From Thelocarpon superellum (Eukaryota): DNA of 64,000 bases. The notes under the pieces were generated by a model. It saw only the letters and a list, made by a program, of their open reading frames with translations. It ran no database searches and was not told where the DNA came from. Location: contig JAPEUG010000032.1 of NCBI GenBank assembly GCA_026025795.1, forward strand, positions 1 through 64,000, read 5' to 3'. The stretch's first letter is position 1; each line of letters starts with the position of its first letter. Below are positions 24,196-37,646 of the stretch, in pieces. Made by a program: the position numbers and the translations under genes.

Positions 24196-25556
24196 TCATG
24201 ATCGACTCATCGTGGTGGTGATTTTGGGTACAGACAATCCCGACGGCGACGGCGACGGCCATGATGGTGGCGATGGCGTGAGAGGTGACAGGGGCGATGA
24301 GGGCGGAGGGGTTTGAGATCGCGGAAGGGCGTGTGGGGGAGACGGAGAAATGCGAGGGAGGGCTAGTCGACGCCCAATGTTACCAAAACAAACACAGCTG
24401 CAGAACAATACGCTGGCGATCCATGTGCCGACGCCGATGCTCTCCGTACTGAGCCAGGGATGTATCCCATTCAGCGAAGCCCCAGAGCTGGAGTGGACGC
24501 TGGAGGACGAGGGAAAAGGGGAGGCGGTTGCGGGGGCAAAGGGCGAGGCAGCGACGGGTGCAGGTGGTGGAACCATGGCCGGGTTGATCCTGAGCAACAC
24601 CGCGGTTCCTGTGATACCCACAGCGGCCGACAGGAGGAGTCCCGTTTTCGATCGGTCGATCAGATACCACAGCACGGGATTTGCGAGGGCGAGGGTCAGT
24701 GAGACTTGAAGCGTCGATTGCCACGGCAGTTTGCGCTACGCATCGTTAGCGGCAGACGAGAGAATCGACCGACGGCACGTACAATCGCAAAGGCAATCCC
24801 GATGAATGCTCCCACGCTCCGTACCACCGGATTCCAGTCCGCGCCGAGTCCGCTCCCCGATCCCGATGTCGCGTCCGGCCGAGGACCGTCTTCTTCTACG
24901 CGAGATGAAATGGGGTCTGTCTCTTGGGGGCCCTTGGCCATCATCGTCGACCTCGAGCCCAACTGATCTTCCCAGAGCAGATCCACCCAGGGCAATAAAC
25001 TCCCGAGCCCTACCCCGGCAATGCCCCAGAAGATCGAGTACCGCCAGTCATATCGATCGATGCCCTCCACCTGCACCGGCACAAACTGCCCGTGATCGTG
25101 CAGGTGCGTGATGACGAGACCGTAGGCGATGCCAAAGGCGAAGAGTAAGATGGTGCGGAGGAGCAGCGGGAGGACGAAGTTGAAGAAGCCGAGATGGAGC
25201 GGTGCAGATGGCCGCCGGGGCGACCGGGCGCTGCCCCTGCTCCCCGGCCCTGGCTCCAGGCCCGGACGAGGACTGTCGGTGCTCGTCCGCCGGCTCGGCG
25301 TCAGGGCACCCGTGCCCCACGGGGTCGACGGCTCGTCCCGGTCGCCATACGTCGTGGGAGAATAGATGCCGAACAGAGTGGACGAGGTCAAGTTGAGGAT
25401 GGATCGAGTACGGGAGGGTTCGGTCGAAGGTCCGTCAGTGTGGGAATATTGGGAATCGGCCGACGGCGTAGGTGGAGTGGACGACAGCATGGGACTGGTC
25501 ATGTCAAAGGCGCGGCGCGGCGTCGGCCGGAGAATGGGGGGCTCATCACTGGCCAT
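24196..25556 (-). CDS. NSG1: INSIG-family ER membrane protein (Nsg1/Ins1-like sterol regulator)
   Basis: SRTRSILNLTSSTLFGIY, LLFAFGIAYG, LGSLLPWVD, WNPVVRSVGAFIGIAFAI|RKLPWQSTLQ, LWYLIDRS, FCSCVCFGNIGRRL. One intron. Confidence 0.88.
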
Positions 25557-26642
25557 GCTGAACGAGGGGGCGGCACTGACCACAGCGGAACGGTGGCGCT
25601 CGTCGCTGCTTACCGGGACATTGGACGACTACTGTACGTCAGCTGGACGACCGGCTTGGACGTTTGTCGTGGAGTAGAACCTCCGGAAGGGGGAGGGTGA
25701 TCAAAGAAATGGAGTGGTCCGTGGCCACAGGGGGATGGCTCAAAGACCGGACACGATCAGACGTACCGCAGATTACCTGGGGTATGCAAGCACATTCGAC
25801 AGTGGCAGGCATCAACAGCTCCATGGACGCCGTGGCATGTGAGGGGCAAGACGTGAATCCCGTGGCACCAGGGACATGGCATGCGACAAGGACTCGGACT
25901 TGTCGTTCCTGTTACATGGGATTTCCTCCAGTACCAGGTCCGATTCCAGGCACTCGGATGGGCCTTGGTGCACCCGCTCCGTTCTGCTGGGTCCGGATTG
26001 GATTTCTCCGCCACGCCGCTACCAGCAGTGACCGTCATCAGCGGCAGCTCGACGCGCGCCACGCACTGACACCGCGACGCTCGGCCGCCGCTACACTGCT
26101 TTGGTCGCTAGGTAGCGGTCGTAGGCGAGAACTTGCCCGACCCTGCACGCTACGACGCTACGACGCTCCGCCCAACGACACGCTGGATGATGCTGAGGGC
26201 AAAGTACTCGAGCAATACTCGTGCAAGGACGGAGGTCTCGTGCATACCACACCAAGAGTCGAGCGACTACTCGCCTCGTACGGGATGAAGTGGAACCCAC
26301 CCCCCTAGAGCTGGGACGAGGAAGGGTGGGAGTGGAGGCGAAGGAGAAATTCGCATGTGATTGTGAATCAAGGGACGTGACTCAGGCTGGGGCACAAACG
26401 AGAGTCGTCGCTCGGACGCCATTGGCCCTGACAAGAACGACCCCTCCTTTGTTCCTACTCGGCCTCGTTGAACGGGGACGTGCTCATCGGGTGGGGCCAC
26501 CACGAGAACAACCCATGCCCGTCTACCTATGGTATTCCTGGGTCGGATCTACAGTCTTTGAGCATCGTCATGGTCATGGATCGTTTCCGCTTGGCTCTCA
26601 TCATCATTCATTGATATGCAACCGTCGAGCACGATGAGTACG

Positions 26643-28393
26643 TCAATCTAGACTTGGCTCGAGCGTCGTTCCACTGCAAGCGGGTCGAACTCGTCAGCGA
26701 CATCAGTACCGCGGACAAGGAGAAAGCGAGACTTACGCGGCAATGTTGGCCCACCCGATCAATCGCCAATGCTTTTCGATCCGTCGACTCAGGGCAATCT
26801 TCTCGCCAATCTCCGTACACGCCGGACTCGTCAGGCTCAGCTTGGCCGCGTCGGCCTTGACGCCCATCACCTTGGCCCCCGTTGCCGTCGACCCGATGTT
26901 GACCATCAGCACCTCGTTCTTGGCCAGCTTGGCGACCTTGGCTTGCTTGCCATCCGCCGTTTTGACTCCCAGCAAGCGCCGTAACAGGAAGTAGTTGACC
27001 TCGATTTCCGTGTAGATGGCCGGTAGGCGGCCCTTCAGCCCCAACACGAAGCCCACCAGCCGATCCGCCCGACACAGGGTGGGATCCACGCGAGTTCCGA
27101 CACCTGTCCCGCGTCAGCCACGGTGCATTGCGGCCGTCATGCAGCCATCGACTCACCAATCAGACCACCCGGGACGGCGAACTTCAGGTCATTGTGCTCG
27201 GCGAACAGACTAATCACCCGGCTGAAGATGGGCCGGCACTTGATCTTGCCTTGCTCGTCCTTCGTCACCAGGCCCGGCCGGATCTCCACCTCGTCGCCGA
27301 GCTTGAGCACGCCTGTCAAGATACTGCCACCCGCCACGCCACCCTTGAGCTCGTCGATCTCCGCCCCCGGCTTGTTGACGTCAAACGAGCGGATGATGAT
27401 CATGTGCGGCGCCGCGGTGAAGTCGCGCACGGGTACGGGGATCTTGGTGACGAGGTATTCGTTGATGGCGTCGATGTTGTACTTGAGCTGCGCCGAGATG
27501 GGGATGATGGGCGATCCGTCCGCCACCGTGCCGCGGATGAACTTCAGGATGGATTCGTAGTGTTGCTGCGCCCCCTCCTCGCGCATCAGGTCGACCTTGT
27601 TCTGCAGGATGATGATGTGATTCAGTTTCATGATCTCAATCGCCGCCAGATGCTCCGACGTCTGCGGCTGCGGGCACGTTTCGTTGCCGGCGATCAGCAG
27701 CAACGCCGCGTCCATCACGGCCGCCCCGGACAACATGGTGCTCATGAGAATATCGTGCCCAGGACAGTCGACGAATCTACCTCGGTCAGCCTTGGGCACG
27801 CCCACCCGGACGCCCTCACGCCCTCACGCCCTCACGCAGATGGGCCGGGGCACATACGAGACGTGTCGCAGCAGCCGGTATCGGCCGGTGCACCCCTCGC
27901 GTTCACACGGCGGATCCACCTCCTTCTCGCTCTTGTAGCTTCGGTAGCACGTCGGCCGCGGGCACTCGTCGTTGTCGCACTTGTAGATCTTGGCGTTGGC
28001 GTAGCCCAGCTTGATCGTGATGTTCCGCTCCAGCTCGTTCTTGAAGCGCACTGTCTGCACGCCCGAGATGGCCTTGACCACCGTGGACTTGCCGTGCGCC
28101 ACATGCCCGATGGTGCCAATGTTGATGGTCGCCTGCCGCGCGATGATCTCCGGCGTCAGCGGCGTCAGCGCCGCCACGTCCAGATCCGCCGGGTCTGGTT
28201 GCGGCGGGAGCTCGGGGCGAGTGGGTTCGGGCGGCGGGGCCGGTCGAGCGTTGTGCCGGAGCGCCGACTTGCGCTCCGGTCGTTCCTCCGGCAGCTCCTC
28301 AATCTCCTCGTGCTCATCCGTGTCGTGGGTGGCATCGAGATCCGGCGACCCCGGCGCAGAGTCCTCGTCGGACAGATTCCCGTTTGTCGCCAT
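26643..28393 (-). CDS. GCD11: Translation initiation factor eIF2 gamma, 4 exons
   Basis: [45 protein letters not shown] short terminal exon encodes GTTLEPSLD*. Confidence 0.98.
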
Positions 28394-28406
28394 GGCTGCG
28401 GCACAG

Positions 28407-28436
28407 GGTGGTGGTGGTGGTGGTGGTGGTGGTGGT
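28407..28436. repeat. (GGT)10 microsatellite, read as (ACC)10 in the GCD11 5' leader
   Basis: Perfect trinucleotide run ending 13 nt upstream of the GCD11 ATG. Confidence 0.9.
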
Positions 28437-28814
28437 GGGGGAGACCTAGAGACTGGAGATTTGGAGAAATTGTGACTCCACGCCGGAATTTTTCGATTCG
28501 ATCTTCAGGCGCACGTCCGGCCCAACTCTCCCACTTTTGGCGCCAAGTGGGGCAAAGTGGCGGGCACCTCGCCCAACTGACTTCGCCGTCACAAAGATCA
28601 TGCCGATGACCGACTGCACGATGACCGTCGAGATCCTACGTCGCCGACCATGGAACAGGTACACGTCCTACGTGGAAACTCGCTGCATTGCATCTATGCC
28701 GGTGAGGGCAGTGGTCGCACCGTTCGGTCTACGGGTATCCTACGATCGAGCCTCCAGCCATCCATCCCTCTCCGGGAGCCACTTCCTCGAACACATCATG
28801 CACCGACGACCAGC

Positions 28815-30780
28815 TCAATGATGGAAGAGCCGGCAATTCTGTTCCACGAATACTATCTGGAACTTTGCCGCCGTCTCATACACCGCTTGGTCGTTGACGC
28901 TGCCACCCGGCGCGGCCATGTACTTCACCCCGGACCGCGCGGCACGGAAGACATTGTCCGTAAAGGGAAACTGGAGCGAGTCAGCACGCATCACGCAACG
29001 CACGGTCGAGGGGGGTCGTACGAATGCATCGCTTGAGATGGCAACGCCGCGAAGTGTCGAGAGCCACTCGGCGCGCTCGTCTGCCGTAAAGTCCGAGGGG
29101 ACCTCCTCATAGACGGATTCGTAGTCCTCCCGCTCGGGCCCTGTGGTGGCGAGCTGGCCACTGCATAGTTGGTCGATGGCATTGCTCTTCTCCGGCCGCT
29201 TGACGCCTTTCTTCCACTTGATGCTGAGCACGCGCTCGTGGAAGCGCATCCACCAATTGTCGGCCTTGTCGCCCGCCAGACGCGTGCAGTGGATCCGCGA
29301 CTGCTGACCCGCGCCCAGGCCGATGACTTGTCCATTGAGGGTGTAGCACACCGAATTGCTCTGCGTGTACTTGAGCGCGATCGTTGCCACGGTGAGATCG
29401 CGAAGGGCTGTCTCGGGCAATGGCGGCGCGTCCTTGGGCGTGATGATTGTGGAAAAAGTGTCGCTTGGGGAGATGCGCACGTCGTTGCGACGTTGTGTCA
29501 GAGAGACGCCGTACACCGACCGCGTCTCTTGGAGCGGCGGCTCGTAGGTGGGATCGACCTCGAGCACGAGATACTTGCCGCCCTTCTTCTTCCGGAGCAT
29601 CTCGAGCGCTTCGGCCTGGTAACCCGGCGCGATCACCCCGTCCGACACTTCCTTCGCGATGATGCGCGCCGTCGGCAGGTCGACTTCGTCACTCAGCGCG
29701 ATCAGATCGCCAAAACTGCTCATGCGATCCGCCCCTCGGGCGCGCGCGTAGGCTTGGGCCAAGGGCGAATCGTCCAGACCTTCGATGTCGTCTACCATGC
29801 ACACCTTTCGCTCCGTCGCCGTCAGCGGCACGCCGATCGCGGCGCCCGCAGGCGAGACGTGCTTGAAGCTCGCGGCGGCGGGGAGACCGAGTGCCTGCTT
29901 CAGCTCTTTCACAAGGGGCCAGGCGTTCAGCGCATCCATCAGATTGATGTATCCCGGCGCTCCGCTAAGCACCTTGAAAGGCAAGCGCCCCCCAGGCACC
30001 GATGCCGCCGCGGGCTTCTGGTGAGGATTGGCGCCGTAGCGTAGCGAGAGCTGCTGCACGCCATGGCCCGCGTATTGCTTGCGAAAGAAGTCCGCGATGG
30101 CGGCATCGTAGTCGGCAGTGTGCTCAAAGGCCTTCAGTGCGTGCCGCTGTCGGCTCGTCTCCGTCACCTCGCCCTGATCAAGCTCTTGCAAGAAGGAGGC
30201 ATAGTCCTCGGGGTCGCTGAGGATGGTGACTCGGCCGTGATTCTTGGCCGCGGCACGGATCAAAGTCACGCCGCCAATATCAATCTCTTCGATCGCCTCC
30301 TCGACGGTGACGTTGATCTTGGCAATGGTGTCCTTGAAGGGATAGAGATTGCAGACGACGTAGTCGACTTTCTGGATATTTTGCTCCGCTAGATCTTTTT
30401 CATCCGAGACCATATTGCGGGCCAGGATACCAGCATGCACGGCCGGATGAAGCGTCTTGACCCGGCCCGAGAGCATCTCCGGTGCACCGGTGATGGCCGA
30501 GACATCTCTATGAGCATTGTCCGTGTAAGCAGGAGCACGAGCACGGCAGGCCGCCAGGTGACTAACTCGACGGCAAATCCGCCCTCCCGGATCAGCTTCG
30601 CGGTGCCTCCAGAGGCGAGCAGACGCACATGGTGCTTGATTAAGCCCTTGGCCAGATCAAGCAACCCCGTCTTGTCGTAGACGGAAATGATTGCTGCGTC
30701 AAAGTCCTGTCAGCGCCTTGGGGCCCATCTTCGTGGGGCAGGGGGAAGATACCAGACTGCTGCGGCGAGGAGGCCCCCAT
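28815..30780 (-). CDS. ADE17: Bifunctional AICAR transformylase / IMP cyclohydrolase (Ade16/Ade17, PurH), 4 exons
   Basis: [53 protein letters not shown], ending RLFHH*. Confidence 0.98.
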
Positions 30781-31269
30781 CGTCGTTGAATTGTGGCTCT
30801 GATACGACTGACAATCGAACGAGGGAAAGGATGAAGAAACGTGGGGCAGGCTAATGCAACGCACCTTACCCACATCCTCACAACTACGACGTTACTCCTG
30901 CAAGATGCATCCAGCTCAACAACGTCCAGCAATCTGGTCTCTCCACATCGCATTTATCCTCTGTCAAATATCTCTTACAGCCTGTCTTCAGATATTCTCT
31001 ATTTTCCACAATGCTTCACTCCATGATTGCCTGCAGCCACACGACCAGTGGGGTGGTCATGCCCCGCCCTCAAATCTGTTGGCGACGCTGCCGGATGAAT
31101 CTTCGTAGAGCGATAGTAACGTTAGCGCCATTGACGGCGCTTCCCTACTCGTGCCTCTGCTTCTCCGTCCTTTTCTTTCCCTCCTTTCCATATATAACAA
31201 CGCATTTTCACATTCTCAAAAAGCATTCCGACGAGGCACCCGTCATCTTCGTGATGATGTGGGGTCCCA

Positions 31270-31276
31270 TGACTCA
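31270..31276. promoter_or_regulatory. Possible Gcn4/CpcA element TGACTCA upstream of ADE17
   Basis: ATGACTCAC about 490 nt upstream of the ADE17 ATG. Purine genes are known general-control targets in yeast, but a single 7-mer can occur by chance. Confidence 0.3.
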
Positions 31277-32177
31277 CGGAAATCGTCAGCAGAATGAAGA
31301 GCAGACCTGTAGTTGATCTTGGGTGCGGCGCTTTCCCACCTGTTCGCAGGTAGATGGAAAGGGTCGCAATGATTGACCGCACATGATGAAGCGTGACAAA
31401 GTGATCTATGCTGGGGGCCTGCTGGCCTCCCTAGCGTTCTTGCTCATGTCTCTCTGATGTCGCAGTGGCTTGCTGCTGTGCCTGTGATTTTGCGCCAGGT
31501 CTGAAAGCTTCCCACGCAGCGGTGCGCACATTTGACACTGACGTGGTTAGGCGCGTATCTCGTGACCTTGCGAGAGCTGTCCATAGGTACTTCGAACATC
31601 GTACTTGGTGGTTTCCCCGGGTCAAGTACGATTCAATCTCCTGGGAGCTCTTTGAATCTCTAGCCTAACGAGCGTGAAGTATTTCCACGCGATTAGCTCC
31701 GAAAACAGTGATCGAAGCGGTGACAGTGAAGGATGCAGAATTTTTGTTTGCCATCTTTCTGTCCGGTCCCGTGCAGGTCACGTGCGCGTCACCACAGGCA
31801 GCCGCCGCGTAGCGTTTGTAACACTCTGGTCTTCCGCGTCCGATCGCAAGTGGCAGTAAGCGACACGTTCGGCAAATCCGCCCTGCTGTACTTTACTTGG
31901 CCGACCTATAGCTACCAGATCTCCTGAGCCAAAGATCAACCGTCCATCGTCACGCCCAGCTGGTGCCTCAGCGTCTGCCCCATTAATCTGCTCCGGGTGC
32001 GGTGCTGATCCCGCTCGTCGGTCACCTCGCTCTCTTTGTATCACCGCCTGCGTCTTTACCGTCGCTTCATCCCGTGGTCGTGCTCATCCTCCCTTTTTCT
32101 TTTGTTTGCCCGCTCGCCAGCTCGTCCACCTCCCATCTCGGGGCGGCTGCGGACGTGGTCCCTTACACTCGCCCATC

Positions 32178-35100
32178 ATGGCACCGCTCCCCATCCGATT
32201 CACAGAGATCCTCCAGGTACGTTGGCTGGTCCCGCATCGATTTGCCTCCCTCGTTCGCTGACCACTTATCGCTCCCAGTTGAGCAATGCCGACATCCTCG
32301 TAAGTCGCGACGCATCGGCCATCCGCCTCCACCATCCGCGGGAGGCTTGATCGTACAAGACTGCTCACTGACCGCATCACCTAGCCGGCCTCCATTGGCT
32401 TCAACTCCTGTGTAGGTACTATGTGCCCCGGTCGTAACCCTCACTGACACGCGGCTCCAGACCCTGGAATCCGATCACTACGTCTGCGTCCGGCAGAAGC
32501 TCAACGACGAGGCCTCACCCGAGGTGCTCATCATCGACCTCAAGAACAATAATAATGTCATCCGCCGTCCTATCAAGGCCGACAGTGCCATCATGCACTG
32601 GTCCCGAGAGGTCATCGCCCTCAAGGCCCAGCAACGCACCTTGCAGATCTTCGATCTCGCCCAGAAGCAGAAGCTCAAGTCGGCCACCATGAACGAGGAC
32701 GTCCTCTTCTGGAAGTGGTTCAGCGAAGATAGCCTGGGCCTCGTGACCGACAACTCCGTCTACCACTGGAATGTCTTTGACGCCACCCAAGCCAGCCCCG
32801 TCAAGGTCTTCGATCGAAACAGCAACTTGCAGGTACGTTCGGTGCGCCTCCGCACCCCCGCTCTCTCTGACGCTCTACGCAGGGCTGCCAGATCATCAAC
32901 TATCGCGTGAGTGATGACAACAAGTGGATGGTCGTCGTCGGCATCTCGCAACAGCAAGGCCGCGTCGTTGGCGCCATGCAGCTCTACTCGCGCGACCGCG
33001 GCATAAGCCAAGCCATTGAGGGCCACGCCGCCGCCTTTGGCACCATCCGCCTCGAGTCTGCACCGGCCGACACCAAACTCTTCACCTTTGCCGTGCGCAC
33101 CGCCACCGGCGCCAAGCTGCACGTCGTCGAGGTGGACCACCAGGCCACCAACCCCGTCTTCCCCAAGAAAGCCGTTGACGTCTACTTTCCTGCCGAGGCC
33201 GTCAACGACTTCCCCGTCGCCATGCAGGTCTCGCAGAAGTACAGCGTCATCTATCTCGTCACCAAGTATGGCTTCATCCACCTCTACGATCTCGAGACGG
33301 GCGCGTGTATCTTCATGAACCGCATCTCGAGCGAGACCATCTTCATCACCGCGCCTGATGCCGAGTCGTCCGGCATCGTCGGCGTCAACCGCAAGGGTCA
33401 GGTTCTCTCCGTCAGCGTCGACGAAAGCACCATCATCCCCTACCTGCTACAGAACCCCGCCAACTCGACCCTCGCGGTCAAGCTCGCGTCGCGTGCCGCC
33501 CTGCCCGGCGCCGACAACCTCTACTCGCAGCAATTCGAGTCCCTGCTCCAGCAGGCCAACTACGTCGAGGCAGCCAAGGTCGCCGCCAACTCGCCCCGGG
33601 GCTTCTTACGCACCCCGCAGACCATCGACCGCTTCAAGAACGTGCCGGCGCGAGAGGGCCAACTGTCTGTGATCCTTCAGTACTTTGGCATGCTGCTCGA
33701 CAAGGGCTCGCTCAACAAGCACGAGACCCTCGAGCTGGTTCGCCCCGTGCTGGCCCAGAATCGAAAACATCTACTCGAGAAGTGGCTGAGCGAAGGGAAG
33801 CTTGAATGTTCCGAGGAGTTGGGCGACATCGTCCGCCTGCACGACCTCAATCTCGCGTTGAGCATCTATCTGCAGGCCAATGTCCCGCAAAAGGTGCGTC
33901 GCTCCGTCCATTTGGCGCCATGATCGTTCGCTGACCCCATCGCCTTACAGGTAGTTGCCGCCTACGCCGAGACGGGTCAATTTGACCAGATCCTCCCGTA
34001 CGCCAAGAAGTCCGGGTATAGCCCCGACTTCACTGGTCTGCTCCAGCACATCGTGCGCATCAATCCCGAGAAGGGTGCCGAGTTTGCCTCGGCCTTGGCC
34101 AACGAGCAGGGTGGACCGCTCGTGGACATTGATCGCGTCGTCGACGTCTTCATGTCGCAGAACATGATCCAGCAAGCCACCGCCTTCCTCCTTGACGCCC
34201 TCAAGGAGAATCGGCCGGAGCAGGGACAGCTGCAGACCCGCCTGCTCGAGATGAACCTCATCAACGCGCCGCAAGTCGCCGACGCGATCCTGGGCAATGA
34301 GATGTTTTCGCACTACGACCGGCCCCGCGTCGCCCAGCTGTGCGAGAATGCTGGCCTCTATCAGCGTGCGCTCGAGCACTACGAGGACCAGGCCGCTATC
34401 AAGCGTGTCATCGTCAACACCAACGTCCTCAATCAAGAATGGCTCGTCACCTACTTCGGCCGTTTCTCTGTCGAACAGTCGCTCGATTGTCTCAACGAGA
34501 TGCTGCGTGCCAATATCCGGCAGAATTTGCAGGCCGTGGTGCAGATCGCGACCAAGTACTCGGACCTGCTGTCGCCCCTGCGACTGATAGAGCTGTTTGA
34601 GAAGTACAAGACCGCCGAGGGCCTGTACTACTACCTTGGCAGCATCGTCAACGTCAGCGAGGATCCCGACGTCACCTTCAAATACATCGAGGCGGCCACG
34701 AAGATGGGCCAGCTGACGGAGGTGGAGCGCATCTGCCGCGACAGCAACTTCTACAACCCCGAAAAGGTCAAGAACTTCCTCAAGGAGGCCAAACTCACGG
34801 AGCAGCTGCCGCTCATCATCGTGTGCGACCGCTTCAACTTCATCCACGACCTGGTCCTCTATCTCTACCAGAACCAGCAGTTCAAATCCATCGAGGTTTA
34901 CGTGCAGCGCGTCAACCCAGCCCGTACGCCCGCCGTTGTCGGCGGTCTGCTCGATGTCGATTGCGAAGAGTCCATCGTCAAAAACCTGCTGGCGTCGGTG
35001 CCCGCGGCGTCAGTACCCATCGACGAGCTCGTGAGCGAGGTCGAGTCGCGCAACCGGCTGAAGCTGCTACTGCCCTTCCTCGAGGCGACGTTGGCGAGCG

Positions 35101-37646
35101 GCAACCAACAGCAAGCCGTGTACAATGCGCTGGCTAAGATCTACATCGACAGCAACAACAACCCGGAGAAGTTCCTGAAGGAGAACGAACATTACGACTC
35201 GCTCGTCGTCGGCAAGTACTGCGAGCGCCGTGATCCTAACCTGGCCTATATTGCGTATCGCAAGGGACAGAATGATCTGGAGTTGGTCAACATCACCAAC
35301 GAGAACGCCATGTACAAGGCGCAGGCGCGCTACCTGCTCGAGCGCTCTGACCGTGAGCTCTGGGGCTTCGTACTGAGCGCCAACAACGTGCACCGCCGCG
35401 CCGTGGTGGACCAGATCATCTCTACGGCGGTGCCCGAGTCGACGGAGCCCGACAAGGTTTCGGTCGTGGTGGCGTCTTTCCTCGCGGCGGATCTGCCGGC
35501 GGAGCTGATCGAGCTGCTGGAGAAGATTGTGCTGGAGCCCTCGCCATTTAGCGACAACGAGAACCTGCAGAATCTGCTCATCCTGACGGCGACCAAGTCG
35601 GACAAGGGCCGGGTCATGGACTACATCCACCAGCTGTCCAACTACAATGCACCCGACATCGCCAACATCTGCATCGAGGTCGGCCTGTTTGAGGAGGCGC
35701 TCGAGGTCTACAAGAAGACGGACTCGCACCCGGAAGCGGTAGGGGTGCTGATCGAGCATATCGTGAGCATCGACCGGGCGCAAGAGTACGCGGAGCGCGT
35801 GGAGCTGCCGGCGGTGTGGAGCCGGGTGGCCAAGGCGCAGCTGGATGGGCTGCGCGTCACCGACGCCATCGAATCGTACCTGCGCGCGGCTGACCCCAGC
35901 AACTACGCCGAGGTGATAGAGATTGCGACGCGGGCGGGCAAGGACGACGAGCTCATCAAGTTCCTGCGCATGGCGCGCCAGACGCAGCGCGAGCCGGCTG
36001 TCGATACGGCGCTGGCCTTTTGCTACGCGCGCACTGGCCAGCTGAGCGAGCTCGAGGACTTCTTGCGCGGCACCCACGTGGCCGATGTGGAGGCGTCAGG
36101 CGACCAGGCGTACGAGGAAGGCCACCACCAGGCGGCCAAGATCTTCTTCACGAGCATCTCCAACTGGGCGAAGCTGGCGACGACACTGGTTCACCTCGAG
36201 GACTACCAGGCGGCGGTGGAGTGCGCGCGCAAGGCCAACAGCGTCAAAGTGTGGAAGCAGGTGCATGCGGCGTGCGTGGCCAAGAAGGAGTTCCGGCTAG
36301 CGCAGATCTGCGGGCTGCACCTGATCGTGCACGCCGAGGAGCTGCAGGACCTGGTGCGGCAGTACGAGCGTGAGGGCTACTTTGATGAGCTGATCGCCCT
36401 GCTCGAGGCCGGGCTGGGGCTGGAGCGGGCGCACATGGGCATGTTCACGGAGCTAGGCATCGCGCTGGCCAAATACCATGCCGAGCGGGTCATGGAGCAT
36501 CTCAAGCTGTTCTGGAGCCGCATCAACATCCCCAAGATGATCCGCGCGTGCGAAGAGGCGCACCTCTGGCCCGAGCTCGTCTTCCTCTACTGCCACTACG
36601 ATGAGTGGGACAACGCGGCGCTGGCGATGATGGAGCGCGCCGCGGATGCGTGGGAGCATCACTCGTTCAAGGACATCGTGGTCAAGGTGGCCAACCTGGA
36701 GATCTACTACCGCGCGCTCAACTTCTACCTGCAGGAGCAGCCGTCGCTGCTGACGGACCTGCTGGCGGCGCTGACGCCGCGTGTGGACGTGAACCGCGTG
36801 GTGCGCATGTTTGAGAAGTCGGACAACATCCCGCTCATCAAGCCCTTCTTGCTCAACGTGCAGACGCAGAACAAAAAGGCCGTCAACCATGCCATCCACG
36901 ACTTGCTGATCGAGGAGGAAGACTACAAGACGCTGCGTGACTCGGTGGAGCACTACGACAACTACGACCCCGTTGAGCTAGCGCAGCGCCTCGAGCGCCA
37001 CGAACTCGTCTTCTTCCGCCAGATCGCGGCCAACATCTACCGCAAGAACAAGCGCTGGGAGAAGTCGATCGCGCTCTCGAAGCAAGACAAGCTGTTCAAG
37101 GACGCCATCGAGACGGCGGCCATCTCCGGCCAGACGGAGGTGGTGGAGGAGCTACTGCGCTACGTACGTGGACCCCAGTTCTCCCGCGCATCGCGCACCG
37201 CCGCAGTCATACTGACGCACGCACAGTTCGTCGACATTGGTAGCCGCGAGTGCTACGTGGGGATGCTCTACGCCTGCTATGACTTAATCCGCCTGGACGT
37301 GGTCATGGAGCTGTCGTGGCGTCACGGACTAACGGACTTTACGATGGTGAGCCACGCCCGGCGGGCGACGAAGCTGGTGATTCGATGCTGACCATGACGG
37401 ACACAGCCCTTCATGATCAACTTCATGAGCCAACAGGCGTCGACGATCGAGAGCCTCCGCAAAGACAACGAGGAGCGCAAGGCGCGCGAGGCGTCGCAGC
37501 GCAAGGAGGAGGACAATACGCCGATTTTGGGCGGGTCCAAGTTGATGCTGACGCAGGGCCCGGCCACGGGTGGGGCGCCGTCACCTCAGCCGTATGGACA
37601 GGCCAACGGCTTCACCCCACAAGTGACGGGCTTCCGCGCCTTCTGA
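32178..37646 (+). CDS. CHC1: Clathrin heavy chain, 8 exons
   Basis: [52 protein letters not shown], clathrin repeats, [14 protein letters not shown]-terminal KLMLT. Confidence 0.99.

Noticed and set aside
26733..26735. ORF-track stop for GCD11 after WANIAA
   Set aside because: The TAA lies in a GTAAGT donor. A further exon gives the expected GTTLEP ending at 26643.
27128..28609. 493-aa plus-strand ORF and similar long antisense ORFs (e.g. 17381-18433, 22307-23212, 29169-30044, 35067-36077, 39839-40741)
   Set aside because: Shadows of high-GC3 genes on the opposite strand, with no recognisable domains.
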